From a virus (lineage: Duplodnaviria > Caudoviricetes), in IMG/VR virus record IMGVR_UViG_3300037159_000004, positions 1-59,180 of that record: a DNA stretch of 59,180 nt, one strand, 5' to 3'. Positions within the stretch are counted from its first letter, which is position 1. Each line of letters begins with the position of its first letter. A program made the position numbers and the translations under genes. Positions 46,386-56,621 of this stretch are shown in pieces. A model generated the notes under the pieces. It was not told the origin of the DNA. It saw only the letters and a list, made by a program, of their open reading frames with translations, and did not search any database.

Positions 46386-47158
46386 GTCGGGCCGCCATCT
46401 TTTTAGACATGGATGATGTTCCTCACCTAGGTGAGAAAGAAAAGAAGCAGATCCTTGCAGGCGTGCCGTCGTGGCAGTTGCAGGCGAGAAAGTCCGGCAT
46501 CCCAGGTCACGGCACCGGAGCGATCTACCCGATCCCCGAAGACGTGATGAAGATCCCGCCCTTCGACCTCCCGGCGCACTGGCCGCGCTCGTACGGGATG
46601 GACCCGGGCTGGAACTGCACCGCGGTTATCTGGTTCGCGTGGGATATCGACAACGGTTTCAGAGACGCCAGCGGCCAGCAACGGTACCCGGCGGTAGCGT
46701 ACGACGAGTACTATCGCGGGCAGGCTGACCCAGCCGTCCACGCCGCGGCGATCATGCGCCGAGGCCCGTGGATACCAGGCGTCATCGACCCGGCCGCGCA
46801 GAAAGCGCGCGGGCCCGACGGCGAGCTACTGATCGACGCATACTGCCGGCTCGGGCTGAAGGTCAGCAAGGCTGATAACACTGTCGTGTCTGGTCTGGTC
46901 CAGACCTGGGACATGCTCTCGACGCAGCAGCTGCGCGTGTTCGACACGCTGACGAACTGGTTCAAAGAAGTCCGACTGTACCGTCGCGACGAGAAAGGTA
47001 ACGTCATCAAGAAGAACGATCACATTATGGACGCCACACGCTACAACGTGATGAGCGGGTTCGATGTGGCGAAGGCCCCGCCAGCGAGCGAGGGTGGACT
47101 TCCCTGGTTCTCCTGGGATCCGGCGATGGCGACGAACGGTGGCGTGTGGAGTGGGTGA
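46382..47158 (+). CDS. Terminase large subunit, nuclease half
   Basis: DDVPHL..AR..GIP..G.IYP, GMDPGW, YRRDEKG..K.NDH.MDATRY; TTG start with GAGGAG RBS. Confidence 0.88.
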   Translation: MSRAAIFLDMDDVPHLGEKEKKQILAGVPSWQLQARKSGIPGHGTGAIYPIPEDVMKIPPFDLPAHWPRSYGMDPGWNCTAVIWFAWDIDNGFRDASGQQRYPAVAYDEYYRGQADPAVHAAAIMRRGPWIPGVIDPAAQKARGPDGELLIDAYCRLGLKVSKADNTVVSGLVQTWDMLSTQQLRVFDTLTNWFKEVRLYRRDEKGNVIKKNDHIMDATRYNVMSGFDVAKAPPASEGGLPWFSWDPAMATNGGVWSG

Positions 47159-47361
47159 AACCCATCGGTGAGATTGAGGCAGGTTTCCGTAAGCGCGGCG
47201 CGTTCGTGTTGGTCGATGTGAAGAGTCGAAAGTTGTGGTTCTTCCACTATTCGAAAGACTCAAACTACATCAAGCAGATGATGGACGTACTGAAAGGGCG
47301 GCAGACTGAGATGGTAGATTTTTTAATCGCACGAGCGTGCATAAGGGGTGAGACCAAATGA
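47146..47361 (+). CDS. Hypothetical protein
   Basis: Coupled ORF. Confidence 0.5.
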   Translation: MEWVKPIGEIEAGFRKRGAFVLVDVKSRKLWFFHYSKDSNYIKQMMDVLKGRQTEMVDFLIARACIRGETK

Positions 47362-47828
47362 GCGTTACATTGAAGTTAGTACACGAAGAGGGGGTCCGCC
47401 TGCGACAGCAAGCGGCCCACAAGGATTCGCTGACGCAGACCGTTGATTGGCGGTTCGTGAAGCGGCCGGCATCCGACGGCAAGGTCGTCGAAGAGTGTCA
47501 GCAGGACGAGGACGCTCGGCGCGTCGACTCGAACGGCCGCAAGCTGCAGCTCGGCACGTACACCATACACGTCACGCACGGAGCGAATAATCTGGTCGTC
47601 GAGCGCAAGGGGAAAGTCTCTTCGTTCGACTTCAAGAACAATTCGATCCGCAACCAGGTCCGTGTCCAGTATCAAAAGCTGACCGACAGCGGCCGAAAAA
47701 CAAAGGATCAAAAACCCGTGCACGAGTGGAAGAACGATGGGGCGGCCCAGTACATACTGCCTAACACATTCGCGGGCGTGTTCGTCGGTGACGGACAGCG
47801 CGCTATCGTGGACGAGATGCCAACGTAA
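47358..47828 (+). CDS. Hypothetical protein
   Basis: Coupled ORF before the portal. Confidence 0.65.
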   Translation: MSVTLKLVHEEGVRLRQQAAHKDSLTQTVDWRFVKRPASDGKVVEECQQDEDARRVDSNGRKLQLGTYTIHVTHGANNLVVERKGKVSSFDFKNNSIRNQVRVQYQKLTDSGRKTKDQKPVHEWKNDGAAQYILPNTFAGVFVGDGQRAIVDEMPT

Positions 47829-50303
47829 ATGGGCAGCAACGCAGGCGACAACTGGGATCTGATTGGGAAAGTGCCGGGACAGTCCGGCACCCTCCCGCAT
47901 TCGCCTGGGTTCGAGATTGAGGATGAGGGCGCGCTCATGTCGCGCATCCATACGTTTTATGATGACGGTGTAGGCGCCTGGGAAGAGAACCGCCGCATGC
48001 ACTCCGAAGATTTGAACTTCATCTACAACGCGGAGGCGATGGGTCAGTGGGATCCGGTCGTACTCCAGAACAGGCGCGGCAAACCGTGCTACACGTTCAA
48101 CCGGTGCCTGCAGCCCGTGAACATGGTGGTCGCAGACATGCGCCAGACCCGCCCCGCAGGAAAGTGCCGGCCCGCATCTGACGGAGCCTCTGAGGCTGTT
48201 GCTGATATCTTCGGCGGACTGTGCCGAGACATCGAGAAGTGCAGCCGCGCTGACCAGATCTACAAAGAGCAGTTCAAGTTCTCCGTCGCTGGCGGTTTCG
48301 GTGCGTGGCGCATCATGCCGACCTACATGCAGGACGACGGTGACGGCGCCTTCGATCAGGTGCTGCGCGTCCTGAACATCGCGAACCCGCAGACAGTGGT
48401 ATGGGATCCGCAGTGCGCCGACGCGTGCGCCGCCGACGCCAACCGCTGCATCGTCGCGGAACGCATCTCTGACGATGTTTATGACCAATTGTACACAAGT
48501 GGTGAGAACCCTGTCGGCAACCGATCCAGCTTCAACATGTCGCGCGACAGCTACGGCTGGTTCACCGACAAAGAAGTTCGGATCGCTGAATACTTCGAGC
48601 GCATCCCGCGCGAGAAGATGATCGCCAAGATGACCGACGGCAGCGTGCGAGAGTACGATGCCGACCTAAGGGCGACAGAGAAGCACCTCGATGATCACGG
48701 GCTCACGTTCGAGAAGAGCGGCGTCACCCGGATCGCTACGAACAAGAAGACCGGCACCAAGATGATCCGCAAGACCATCAAGTGGCAGGTCATGTGGGTG
48801 AAGGTCGACGGCTCGAACGTACTCGACGGCCCCTACTACTATGACTGGAAGCGTATCCCGGTCGTGCGTTGCCCCGGCCGCTACATCAACATCGAGGGCC
48901 GCAAGAAATTCCAGTCGCTGATCCGTCACTCCAAGGACGCGCAGCGCAGCTACAACTCCCGTGCCTCGGACATGATAGAGCGCAGCGCGCTCCTGCCGAA
49001 GGCGCCGTACCTCGTCACTGAGGCGATGATCAAGGGCTACGAGATCGAGTGGAACCAGGCGAACGTCGCCTCGCGCCCGTACCTACCCTACAACGTCGAC
49101 AAGAACGCTGAGGGCGGGATGCCGTTCCGCACTCCGCCGCTCGACCTGCCGCAGGGTGCGATGGCGCTCGCGCAGATGTCGATCCAAGATATTCAGGCCA
49201 CGATAGGGTACTTCGACCCTGCGCTCGGTAACTCGGAAGATATGAACCGCGTCTCAGGTAAGGCGCTCGTGCAGCACACGAAGCGGTCCGACCTGGGCAG
49301 CTTCGAGTTTATCGACGGGTACGGGTCAGCGATGCAGCTCACCTGGGAGATGATGGTCGACATGATCCCGACCGTTATGGACTCGGAGCGCGTCACGCGC
49401 ATCATCGGTCACGACGGGATCGAGAAGATGATCACCGTCAACAAGGAAGACCCGAACTCTAACGACATCATCAACGACCTCTCGAAGGGGTCGTACGACG
49501 TTGAGGTTACCATCGGGCCGTCCTTCCAGTCTGCCAGACAGGAAGCGCTCGACACGCTGATATCGTTCGCCGAGGCGATGCCGCAGAACGCTCCAATGAT
49601 CGCGGACCTGATCGCGAAGAACGTCGACTCGCCGGACGCGCAAGAGATGTCGAAACGTCTACGGATCCCGCTGATACAGCAGGGTATCATCCAGCCGACC
49701 GCTGCGGAAAAAGAAGCCGGCGTCGGCGCGCAGAAGAACCAACAGCAGCAGATGCAGGAGCAGCAGCAGCAGCTTGAGATGCAGCTGCTGCAGGGCAAGA
49801 CCACGAAGATGACGGCGGACGCGCAGATCGCGCAGTCCCGCGCCCAGTCGAGCCCGATGGAGCAGCAAAAGATCCAGTACGAGACCGCCGGCAAGCACCT
49901 GGCGAACATCAAGCTGGCGCACGAGATCGGCGCCGACGGCAAACAGCAGCAGAACGACCTGCAGTCCGCACAGATGGATCTCGCCGCCAAGCACGTTGGC
50001 AACCTGCAAGACATGACGCACGCCGCCCAACAGCAGCAGCAAGACCAGCAGCAGCAGGTGGCGCAGCATCAGCACGATCAAACGATAGCGCAGGCGCAGG
50101 CGCAGGCTGAAGCGCAGCGCGCACAGCAGGCGCACGAGCTGGAGATGACCCGCGCCGCCCAACAGCACGAGGCCGAGATGCAGCGCATGCACGCAAAGCA
50201 CTCGCTGACGATGAAACATACCCAGGAGTTGAACGAGCAGAAGGTCGCCGCCGCGAAGGCGATGGCCGCTGCCAAACCGAAGAAGCCCAAAAAGGCTGCT
50301 TAG
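47829..50303 (+). CDS. Portal protein (P22 gp1-like) with a long Gln-rich C-terminal coil
   Basis: GQW..R.KP..TFN, IRHSKDAQR.YN, SGKA, G.YDV.V..GPS..S.RQE. Confidence 0.92.
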   Translation: MGSNAGDNWDLIGKVPGQSGTLPHSPGFEIEDEGALMSRIHTFYDDGVGAWEENRRMHSEDLNFIYNAEAMGQWDPVVLQNRRGKPCYTFNRCLQPVNMVVADMRQTRPAGKCRPASDGASEAVADIFGGLCRDIEKCSRADQIYKEQFKFSVAGGFGAWRIMPTYMQDDGDGAFDQVLRVLNIANPQTVVWDPQCADACAADANRCIVAERISDDVYDQLYTSGENPVGNRSSFNMSRDSYGWFTDKEVRIAEYFERIPREKMIAKMTDGSVREYDADLRATEKHLDDHGLTFEKSGVTRIATNKKTGTKMIRKTIKWQVMWVKVDGSNVLDGPYYYDWKRIPVVRCPGRYINIEGRKKFQSLIRHSKDAQRSYNSRASDMIERSALLPKAPYLVTEAMIKGYEIEWNQANVASRPYLPYNVDKNAEGGMPFRTPPLDLPQGAMALAQMSIQDIQATIGYFDPALGNSEDMNRVSGKALVQHTKRSDLGSFEFIDGYGSAMQLTWEMMVDMIPTVMDSERVTRIIGHDGIEKMITVNKEDPNSNDIINDLSKGSYDVEVTIGPSFQSARQEALDTLISFAEAMPQNAPMIADLIAKNVDSPDAQEMSKRLRIPLIQQGIIQPTAAEKEAGVGAQKNQQQQMQEQQQQLEMQLLQGKTTKMTADAQIAQSRAQSSPMEQQKIQYETAGKHLANIKLAHEIGADGKQQQNDLQSAQMDLAAKHVGNLQDMTHAAQQQQQDQQQQVAQHQHDQTIAQAQAQAEAQRAQQAHELEMTRAAQQHEAEMQRMHAKHSLTMKHTQELNEQKVAAAKAMAAAKPKKPKKAA

Positions 50304-50360
50304 TCGATCTGTGTGAGAACCGCCCCGCTGCAGCGCATCGCAGTGTATTAGGAGATCTGT

Positions 50361-51575
50361 ATGGCCTTTACCCGTGACGATTTAGAGAATTATGAAAAGC
50401 AGACGCAGAAGCAGGTTGACGACAAGGTCAACCCGTTCCGCGGTGCTACACCCGCCCGAGCCGCAGACCCGGCAGCGTTAGCTGCTGTCGCCTCGGGACA
50501 AGTTGATGCCACCACGGACGCCTCCCTAAAACAGGTAGTCCAAGGCGACCCGCTAGTCGACGACGATGCCCCTATCGTTGACGAAGACGGAACACTCGGC
50601 GACCAGACCGATTCTGGTGAAGGGACTTCGGACGATAACTCGGACTCGTCCACCGACACCGTCGACCTCAGCGATGACACAGACCCCAACACGGACTTGA
50701 CCGGAGAAGATGACGGCGTAGAGGCGCCGACAGCTCGTCCGGCCCCGAAGAAAGGTTCTGCTGAGGAACGCATAGTAGAGCTGAATGATCTGTCGGAAGG
50801 CTACAAGATATTTGGCAAGCAAATGCAGGGCCAGCTGAAGGATGCTTTAGCTGAGCTGGAACGGCTCAAGGCCGGCGGTAAACCTACCGCCGCACAGACC
50901 GTCGCTGCAGTTGCACCTCCTGTTGTTGAAGACGCACCTATGCCGGACCTAGCCGACGAGGATGTGGCCTTCGACAACGACAAGTATCGTGCGAAGATGC
51001 AGAAGTGGTCGAAGGATCAGGCCAAGATCGCCGCCCGCGAACTAATTCGCGAGATGACGGGTGCAGATGAGGCGGCAAAGCGCCGAGCTGCAGTCGAAGA
51101 GAGAGTCAGTGAGTTTAAGAAAACTCATAAAGATTACGATGCGGTCGTTACCAAGAACCCGGTATTGGGCGCGAGAGAGAATCAGCTCGCGTTCGACGCT
51201 GGTGTCGCTGTCGCTCAGTCGGAGCACGTCGGTCGATTGTTGTATGAGTTTGGGAAGGATACTGCGATGGCGGTTCGAACCGCCAGACAGACGCCAGCCC
51301 AGCAGCTCATAACCATCGGCAAGATGATCGCGAAGATTGAGGCAGAGACCACTTCAGGATCCAGGCAGAACGGCTCTAAGCCCAACGCGCAACAAGGGCA
51401 ACAGAAGTCCATCACCAAGGCGCCTCCTCCCCCCACCCCGACACGGGGCGGCGGACGTGCACAGCCTCGCGACCAGGTCGACCCTAACATGTCGATGGAT
51501 GAGTTCGCGCGGCAGCACAGAGGAAGCAAACAGTCAGCCCGAGAGCAGCATCGCAAGATGCGCGGACTGAACTAA
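50361..51575 (+). CDS. Scaffolding protein
   Basis: Between portal and coat; acidic N-terminus, helical core, TKAPPP...MSMDEF C-terminus. Confidence 0.8.
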   Translation: MAFTRDDLENYEKQTQKQVDDKVNPFRGATPARAADPAALAAVASGQVDATTDASLKQVVQGDPLVDDDAPIVDEDGTLGDQTDSGEGTSDDNSDSSTDTVDLSDDTDPNTDLTGEDDGVEAPTARPAPKKGSAEERIVELNDLSEGYKIFGKQMQGQLKDALAELERLKAGGKPTAAQTVAAVAPPVVEDAPMPDLADEDVAFDNDKYRAKMQKWSKDQAKIAARELIREMTGADEAAKRRAAVEERVSEFKKTHKDYDAVVTKNPVLGARENQLAFDAGVAVAQSEHVGRLLYEFGKDTAMAVRTARQTPAQQLITIGKMIAKIEAETTSGSRQNGSKPNAQQGQQKSITKAPPPPTPTRGGGRAQPRDQVDPNMSMDEFARQHRGSKQSAREQHRKMRGLN

Positions 51576-51594
51576 ATAAAATCGGAAAGGAATA

Positions 51595-52878
51595 ATGGCT
51601 AACTCACTAATCACCGCTCAATGGGTCGCACGCAAGGCACTGGTCTTGTTGCACGCCAAGAGCAACTTCACGGGTCGTACGAACCGTGACTATCAGAGCT
51701 TGCTGCCCGGCCCCATCAACGGGGTCATCTTGGGTCAACAGCTCTCGATCCGTCTGCCGTTCCAGTACACTCTGCGTACTGGCCCTCAGATGAACGCACA
51801 GAACTCGGTTCAGCGTTTCGCCACCCTGCTGGTCAACCAGCAGCTCGGCGTCGACATCAACTTCACTTCGGTGGAGCGAGCGATGTTGCTGAATAACTTC
51901 GAAGAGCAAGTGCTCGAACCTGCAATGGCGCGTCTGGCGGCCGGCATCGAGAACTTCACCACGGGACAAGTCAACAACGTTCCGAAGTTCACTGGCGCCT
52001 TCAACACCACCGCGACCTACGATCAGCTGCTCCAGAACGAGCAGTACCTGACGGAAGCGTTGGCCCCTGAGGACGACCGGCGTACTTTCACGGCGACCCC
52101 GCAAACCTCGCGGTATTTCGTTCGTGACAACAAGGGTCTCTTCAACCCCGAGTCCACGATCTCTGACCAATGGTTAGAGGGCGTGATCGCGGATAAGGCC
52201 GCTGGCTACGTCTGCTTCCGTAACACGAAGCTCCCGACGCACGTCATCGGAACCTTCAGCACGACCTCGGCCCCCGCTGTGAACGGCGCCGGTCAGTCGA
52301 ACCCCGGCGCGGGTAACGCGTTCGTCTCCACCTTCACGCTTGTCACCAACGGCTGGGCTGCGGGTCTCACGACCTTGAACGCTGGCGACGTGATCAGCAT
52401 CGCGGGTGTGAACGAGGTCGATCCCGAGACGAAGGCGTCCCTGGGCCGTCCCAAGCAGTTCGTTGTGACTGCGACCATCAGCGACACCGCTGGTGCGATC
52501 TCGATCCCGATTGCTCCCGGCATCATCACCGGTGGCGCATACCAGAACGTGGACAACGTTCCGGCCACGGGCGCTCTTATCAGCGTCTTCGGTCAGAGCG
52601 GTGCGGCTGCCCTCGCGTCCTTGAACGGCGCGTTGATCAAGCAGTCACTCGGCTGGTACCGTGACGCGATTGTGTTTGCGAACCCCCCGATGCTCGACCT
52701 CAGCCCCCTCGTCAAGATGACGGCTGCGGAATCGTTCGAAGGGTACAACATCCGCTTCGCTCAACAGTGGGATCCGTCTAACGACGTGCTCCCGGCTCGT
52801 CTCGACTCGATTGTCGGTGCAGTGCTCGCTTACCCCGAGCTGGCTGTGCGGAACATTGAAGTCGCGTCGGCTGCCTAA
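51595..52878 (+). CDS. Major capsid protein (P22 coat-like)
   Basis: MANSL.T, IRLP, VLEPAM..LA, AGDVISIAGV..V.P, RLD...G..YPE. Confidence 0.92.
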   Translation: MANSLITAQWVARKALVLLHAKSNFTGRTNRDYQSLLPGPINGVILGQQLSIRLPFQYTLRTGPQMNAQNSVQRFATLLVNQQLGVDINFTSVERAMLLNNFEEQVLEPAMARLAAGIENFTTGQVNNVPKFTGAFNTTATYDQLLQNEQYLTEALAPEDDRRTFTATPQTSRYFVRDNKGLFNPESTISDQWLEGVIADKAAGYVCFRNTKLPTHVIGTFSTTSAPAVNGAGQSNPGAGNAFVSTFTLVTNGWAAGLTTLNAGDVISIAGVNEVDPETKASLGRPKQFVVTATISDTAGAISIPIAPGIITGGAYQNVDNVPATGALISVFGQSGAAALASLNGALIKQSLGWYRDAIVFANPPMLDLSPLVKMTAAESFEGYNIRFAQQWDPSNDVLPARLDSIVGAVLAYPELAVRNIEVASAA

Positions 52879-52902
52879 TCCATAACCTAAAAGGAAACGA
52901 AA

Positions 52903-53313
52903 ATGGCTAACGTACAAGTGGGTTACGGTCACGGCGACGTGGTTGGAATCCCGTTTGACTTCTATGGTGGCGCGACCCTGGTTACAGGTTCGACCATCAC
53001 CATGCAGACCGGCATCCTGGTCGTGGCGCCCCCGGCCACGATTGCGGCGCTGACGGTCAACCTTCCGCTGAATCCGGTGGATGGTGCGATTGCTGAGATT
53101 TCGGTTGCAGGGGCCGCGGTGAACGTCACCGCGCTCACTGTCGCCGCGAATACCGGCGACTCGCTGCTCGGTGCGGCTGGTAACACTGTCACGGCGCTCG
53201 CGGCCGGTGCCGGTGCCGCCACCTCCACGTTGCGGTACCGCTACTCGTTGAACGGCTTCCAGCCGGCGTCGGGAGCGGCAGTGAACCCGCGTACTTGGTT
53301 CCGCGTGCAGTAA
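52903..53313 (+). CDS. Capsid decoration/accessory protein
   Basis: P.ATIAALTV.LP.NP.DG..TWFR pattern, immediately after the coat gene. Confidence 0.6.
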   Translation: MANVQVGYGHGDVVGIPFDFYGGATLVTGSTITMQTGILVVAPPATIAALTVNLPLNPVDGAIAEISVAGAAVNVTALTVAANTGDSLLGAAGNTVTALAAGAGAATSTLRYRYSLNGFQPASGAAVNPRTWFRVQ

Positions 53314-53435
53314 AAGAAGAAATAGCGCCGCCGCCCTCACCCGGTAGGTGCTAGTGGTGAACGTCCACCCGTTTAAGAAGACGTGACTTTCGGCCTCTTT
53401 CAGAGTAAAGGGTCCACATATTTTAGAGAGGCGAC

Positions 53436-53870
53436 GTGGCTCAGACAAACCAGCAGATCATCACCGAATCTTTCCAGATTCTTGGCGTCGTACGCGAGGG
53501 GCGAGCACCTACGCCCACGCAGTCCGCCAACGGGATGACTATCCTCAACGACAACCTTCTGACGCAGATGCGCGACGGTTGGGGGAACATAGGCTGGTAC
53601 CCGCAGACAATTGCGCAGCTGAACAGCATAGCGCCTCTCAAAGACGAAGACATCGCCGACGTGAAGTACGCGTTGGCGGGCTGGATCTCTGTACGCTACG
53701 GCGTGACGATCCCGCCGTCGCCGGACCCGTTGAACGGGTTCGATCTCGGCGCCCTGATCTTTCAGGCCATGCGCCGACTGACGAAGCGGTACCTACGGTA
53801 CACGGAGTGTGATCTCGGAGAACTCTCGCGGGCCAACGGCGGCCTCTGGGGCGGGTCTTACTGGTTCTGA
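53436..53870 (+). CDS. Head-tail adaptor (P22 gp4-like)
   Basis: T..QII..S...LGV..G..P..LN..L pattern plus synteny. Confidence 0.7.
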   Translation: MAQTNQQIITESFQILGVVREGRAPTPTQSANGMTILNDNLLTQMRDGWGNIGWYPQTIAQLNSIAPLKDEDIADVKYALAGWISVRYGVTIPPSPDPLNGFDLGALIFQAMRRLTKRYLRYTECDLGELSRANGGLWGGSYWF

Positions 53871-53871
53871 C

Positions 53872-55416
53872 ATGGGGCAGGCGCAACCGCAAACTATACC
53901 GCTGCCGCTCGCTTCGTACCAGCTCGCCGACCTGCGAGCCGGCTCGAAGCGTTTGATTGGCTGCTACCCGGAGCCTGCACCGCAGACGCAGCCTGACGAC
54001 GAGAAGTCTCAGCAGCCCGCGAGCCTGCGTCGCTGGCCAGGCCTCTCGACGTTCACGCCGAGCGGCCTGATCAACCCGCTGCGCGGACTGTGGGAGATGG
54101 CCGGGACGGTGTACGCTGTCGTAGGGTTCGATCTCTATACGGTGAGCACCGCCGGCATGTTCACCATCGTCCCGAGCTCGGCCAGCGGCATCATCGGGTC
54201 AGGGTTCGTGCGGATGACAGACAACGGTGCGTGTCTTGTTGTGTTGGTGCCGGGCACCGACGTCTGCTACACGTACACACCGTTCTCTGGCGGCGGCGGC
54301 GTGCAACAGCTCACCAGCGCCTTCTTTCTGGCGCTCGGTGGCGCCATCGATGTATGGTTCGTCGACAGCTATATCGTGTTCCTGGCGAACAACAACGGCG
54401 GTAACGGATCGTACACATTCTTCAACGACGACGGTCGGCAGGTATCTGGCAACGCGCAGATCACCTTCACCACCGCCGCATCGTTCAATCGGCAGTTCGG
54501 CACGGACCCGTTCTATGGGATGTGTGTCGACCACCGCGAAATTTTGATGTTCGGCTCACGCTCGTCGGAAGGTTTCGTGAATACCGGCAACCCGACTGGG
54601 ACACCCTTCAGCGCGGCCTCCGACACCTATATGCCCTACGGCGTGCACCCGCAGTGCCCCTACAGCATCGCGCTGCAGGACAATTCGGTGATGTGGGTCT
54701 GCAATGACCTCACTGTGAGGCGTCGCGAGGGTCAGACGCCGACACGTATATCGACGGCGGGCGTTGAGGCTGTACTCTCGAACGCGAACAAGCAGGGGCT
54801 GCTGGCTGGCACGTACGCGCTGTCATCCCCGGCCGGCGGCCCGACCTGGAACGGGCACCCGTTCTACATTCTGACTATACCGCTCGCCGAGCGCACGCTC
54901 GTTTATGATTGCGTGACACAGCAGTGGTTCGATCTGGTGTCGGTGCTCAACGGCCAGGAGGTGCAGTACCGTGGCCTGTGCTACCTGAACGCGTTCGGGA
55001 AGCAGCTTGTCGGCGACTCAGAGAGCGGTACCGTCGGGTACCTGGACGACACCGTACAGACAGAGTTTGGTAACACGAGCGCGCCGGTCGTGTGCGCGTT
55101 CACGACGCAGCCGCTCTACAACGCGAACAACCGGCAGATCGTGCGCCGTGTTGAGGCGGTGGTGACGGCCGGCGCCGGACCGACGCCAGGCGTCGCACCG
55201 CGGATCAGTCTACTGCTATCGGATAACTGGGGCGAGACCTTTGACGTGTCGGGAGATGACTCGCAGACGCTCGGTGTGCCGGGCGACACCGCGAACCGTG
55301 CGGTCTGGTGGAACCTTGGACAGTACTACAGCCTGGTGCTGCAGTTCAGGGTGACGGACGCGTCTCCAACCTTCACGGTCGACGTGACCGCGATGGTTGA
55401 ACCCTGCAAGTGGTAG
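53872..55416 (+). CDS. Tail hub / DNA stabilisation protein (P22 gp10-like)
   Basis: LRRWPGL, RG.W, M.DNG, FG..S.E, GH.FY.L, T.VYD, S.N.G.TF, W..LG. Confidence 0.85.
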   Translation: MGQAQPQTIPLPLASYQLADLRAGSKRLIGCYPEPAPQTQPDDEKSQQPASLRRWPGLSTFTPSGLINPLRGLWEMAGTVYAVVGFDLYTVSTAGMFTIVPSSASGIIGSGFVRMTDNGACLVVLVPGTDVCYTYTPFSGGGGVQQLTSAFFLALGGAIDVWFVDSYIVFLANNNGGNGSYTFFNDDGRQVSGNAQITFTTAASFNRQFGTDPFYGMCVDHREILMFGSRSSEGFVNTGNPTGTPFSAASDTYMPYGVHPQCPYSIALQDNSVMWVCNDLTVRRREGQTPTRISTAGVEAVLSNANKQGLLAGTYALSSPAGGPTWNGHPFYILTIPLAERTLVYDCVTQQWFDLVSVLNGQEVQYRGLCYLNAFGKQLVGDSESGTVGYLDDTVQTEFGNTSAPVVCAFTTQPLYNANNRQIVRRVEAVVTAGAGPTPGVAPRISLLLSDNWGETFDVSGDDSQTLGVPGDTANRAVWWNLGQYYSLVLQFRVTDASPTFTVDVTAMVEPCKW

Positions 55417-55417
55417 C

Positions 55418-56242
55418 ATGACGATTATCCTTGCTACGAAGCCGGGCATCAACGGCGCGAACACGTTGTCGATCCCGAAGGATTGGGACTCGACCTGGTT
55501 CCGCAAGTTCATCGCCAACTCGCTGAAGGGTGCGGACGTCCGCAACGCGATAGGCGCGAACGGCATCACGATCACCGGCAACATCTCCAGCCCGTACGCG
55601 ACGATATCTCTCGGCGGCGGTCCGATAACACTCCAGCCGGGCGCGGGCGGTACGATAACTCTGACGATTGACGGGGCCGCCAACAATTACAGCGAGTCGA
55701 TCATCGGCTCTAATACGACGGGCCAATCGTACGGCGAAATTATAACGGCGGGCACCAACGCGTCGGACGTGTCGTTTCTTGTCCGCAGCGCGTCCCTAGT
55801 TCCTTACTTCGAGGTGAGGGGAGACGGCAAAATTTTAGGCGACGGCCCGACCGCTGGCGTGCTCGTGGACATGACCCCGGACCGTGGCACGTTCACGCTG
55901 ACCCACACCGGATTCACCACGGGCGTCACGAGCACCGCGACCTGGTACCGTATCGGCAACATCGTCATATTGAATACCGGCACCGGCTCGGGCACGAGCA
56001 ACGCAACTACGTGGACCGCGACCGGCGTCCCCGCCGCGATACAGCCTACACTAACGCAGACGATCATCATAGGAGATGTGGTAGATAACGGCGCCGGCAC
56101 CGCCGCAACGGTAGGGCTGTCGTCCGGGTCCGGCACCCTCACGTTCGGTAAAGGGTTCGTGAACGGCGGCGCGTTCACTAACTCCGGAGCCAAAGGGTTC
56201 AATAATACTGGCGGCACAACGTTCGTCTACATTTTAGGATAG
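55418..56242 (+). CDS. Tail needle/fibre-like virion protein
   Basis: After gp10; W..F N-terminal motif and Thr/Gly-rich beta C-terminus (WYRIGNIV). Confidence 0.6.
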   Translation: MTIILATKPGINGANTLSIPKDWDSTWFRKFIANSLKGADVRNAIGANGITITGNISSPYATISLGGGPITLQPGAGGTITLTIDGAANNYSESIIGSNTTGQSYGEIITAGTNASDVSFLVRSASLVPYFEVRGDGKILGDGPTAGVLVDMTPDRGTFTLTHTGFTTGVTSTATWYRIGNIVILNTGTGSGTSNATTWTATGVPAAIQPTLTQTIIIGDVVDNGAGTAATVGLSSGSGTLTFGKGFVNGGAFTNSGAKGFNNTGGTTFVYILG

Positions 56243-56248
56243 TGCCTA

Positions 56249-56608
56249 ATGAGTACCCTAAGCTGGAAACTTTCAACTAACCCCGCGCAGGCGCCAGAGT
56301 ACTGGCTACTGTTCGTCGACAGCAACGCGTGCACTGCGCTCGTCAATCAGGCGCCGTACGTCGGGCCCGGCGACTACAGCGTCGACCTGACGAAGCTCGA
56401 TACAGGGTCGCCGGTACCGACCGACGGCGCTGCGCATACCTACAGCGTAGCGCTCGTAGGTAACGGTACCATAGGACCGCAGTCCGCTGCCGTACTGATC
56501 ACGCTACCCGCCCCCGTACTCGTCGCCACAGCTGGCGCGATTGCGAGTGGCGTGCAGCAAGAAGCGCCAGACGTGTGGCCAACAGCCGACACGCTGGCTT
56601 TAACTTAA
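56249..56608 (+). CDS. Hypothetical Ig/FN3-like virion protein
   Basis: LSW...HTYSVALVG..GPQS pattern. Confidence 0.5.
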   Translation: MSTLSWKLSTNPAQAPEYWLLFVDSNACTALVNQAPYVGPGDYSVDLTKLDTGSPVPTDGAAHTYSVALVGNGTIGPQSAAVLITLPAPVLVATAGAIASGVQQEAPDVWPTADTLALT

Positions 56609-56621
56609 GAGATGAGATGAG

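Noticed and set aside
46300-46400. Intron, intein or stop-codon recoding explaining the terminase split
   Set aside because: The insert is too short and lacks splicing motifs, the halves are in different frames, and the standard code gives intact genes elsewhere.
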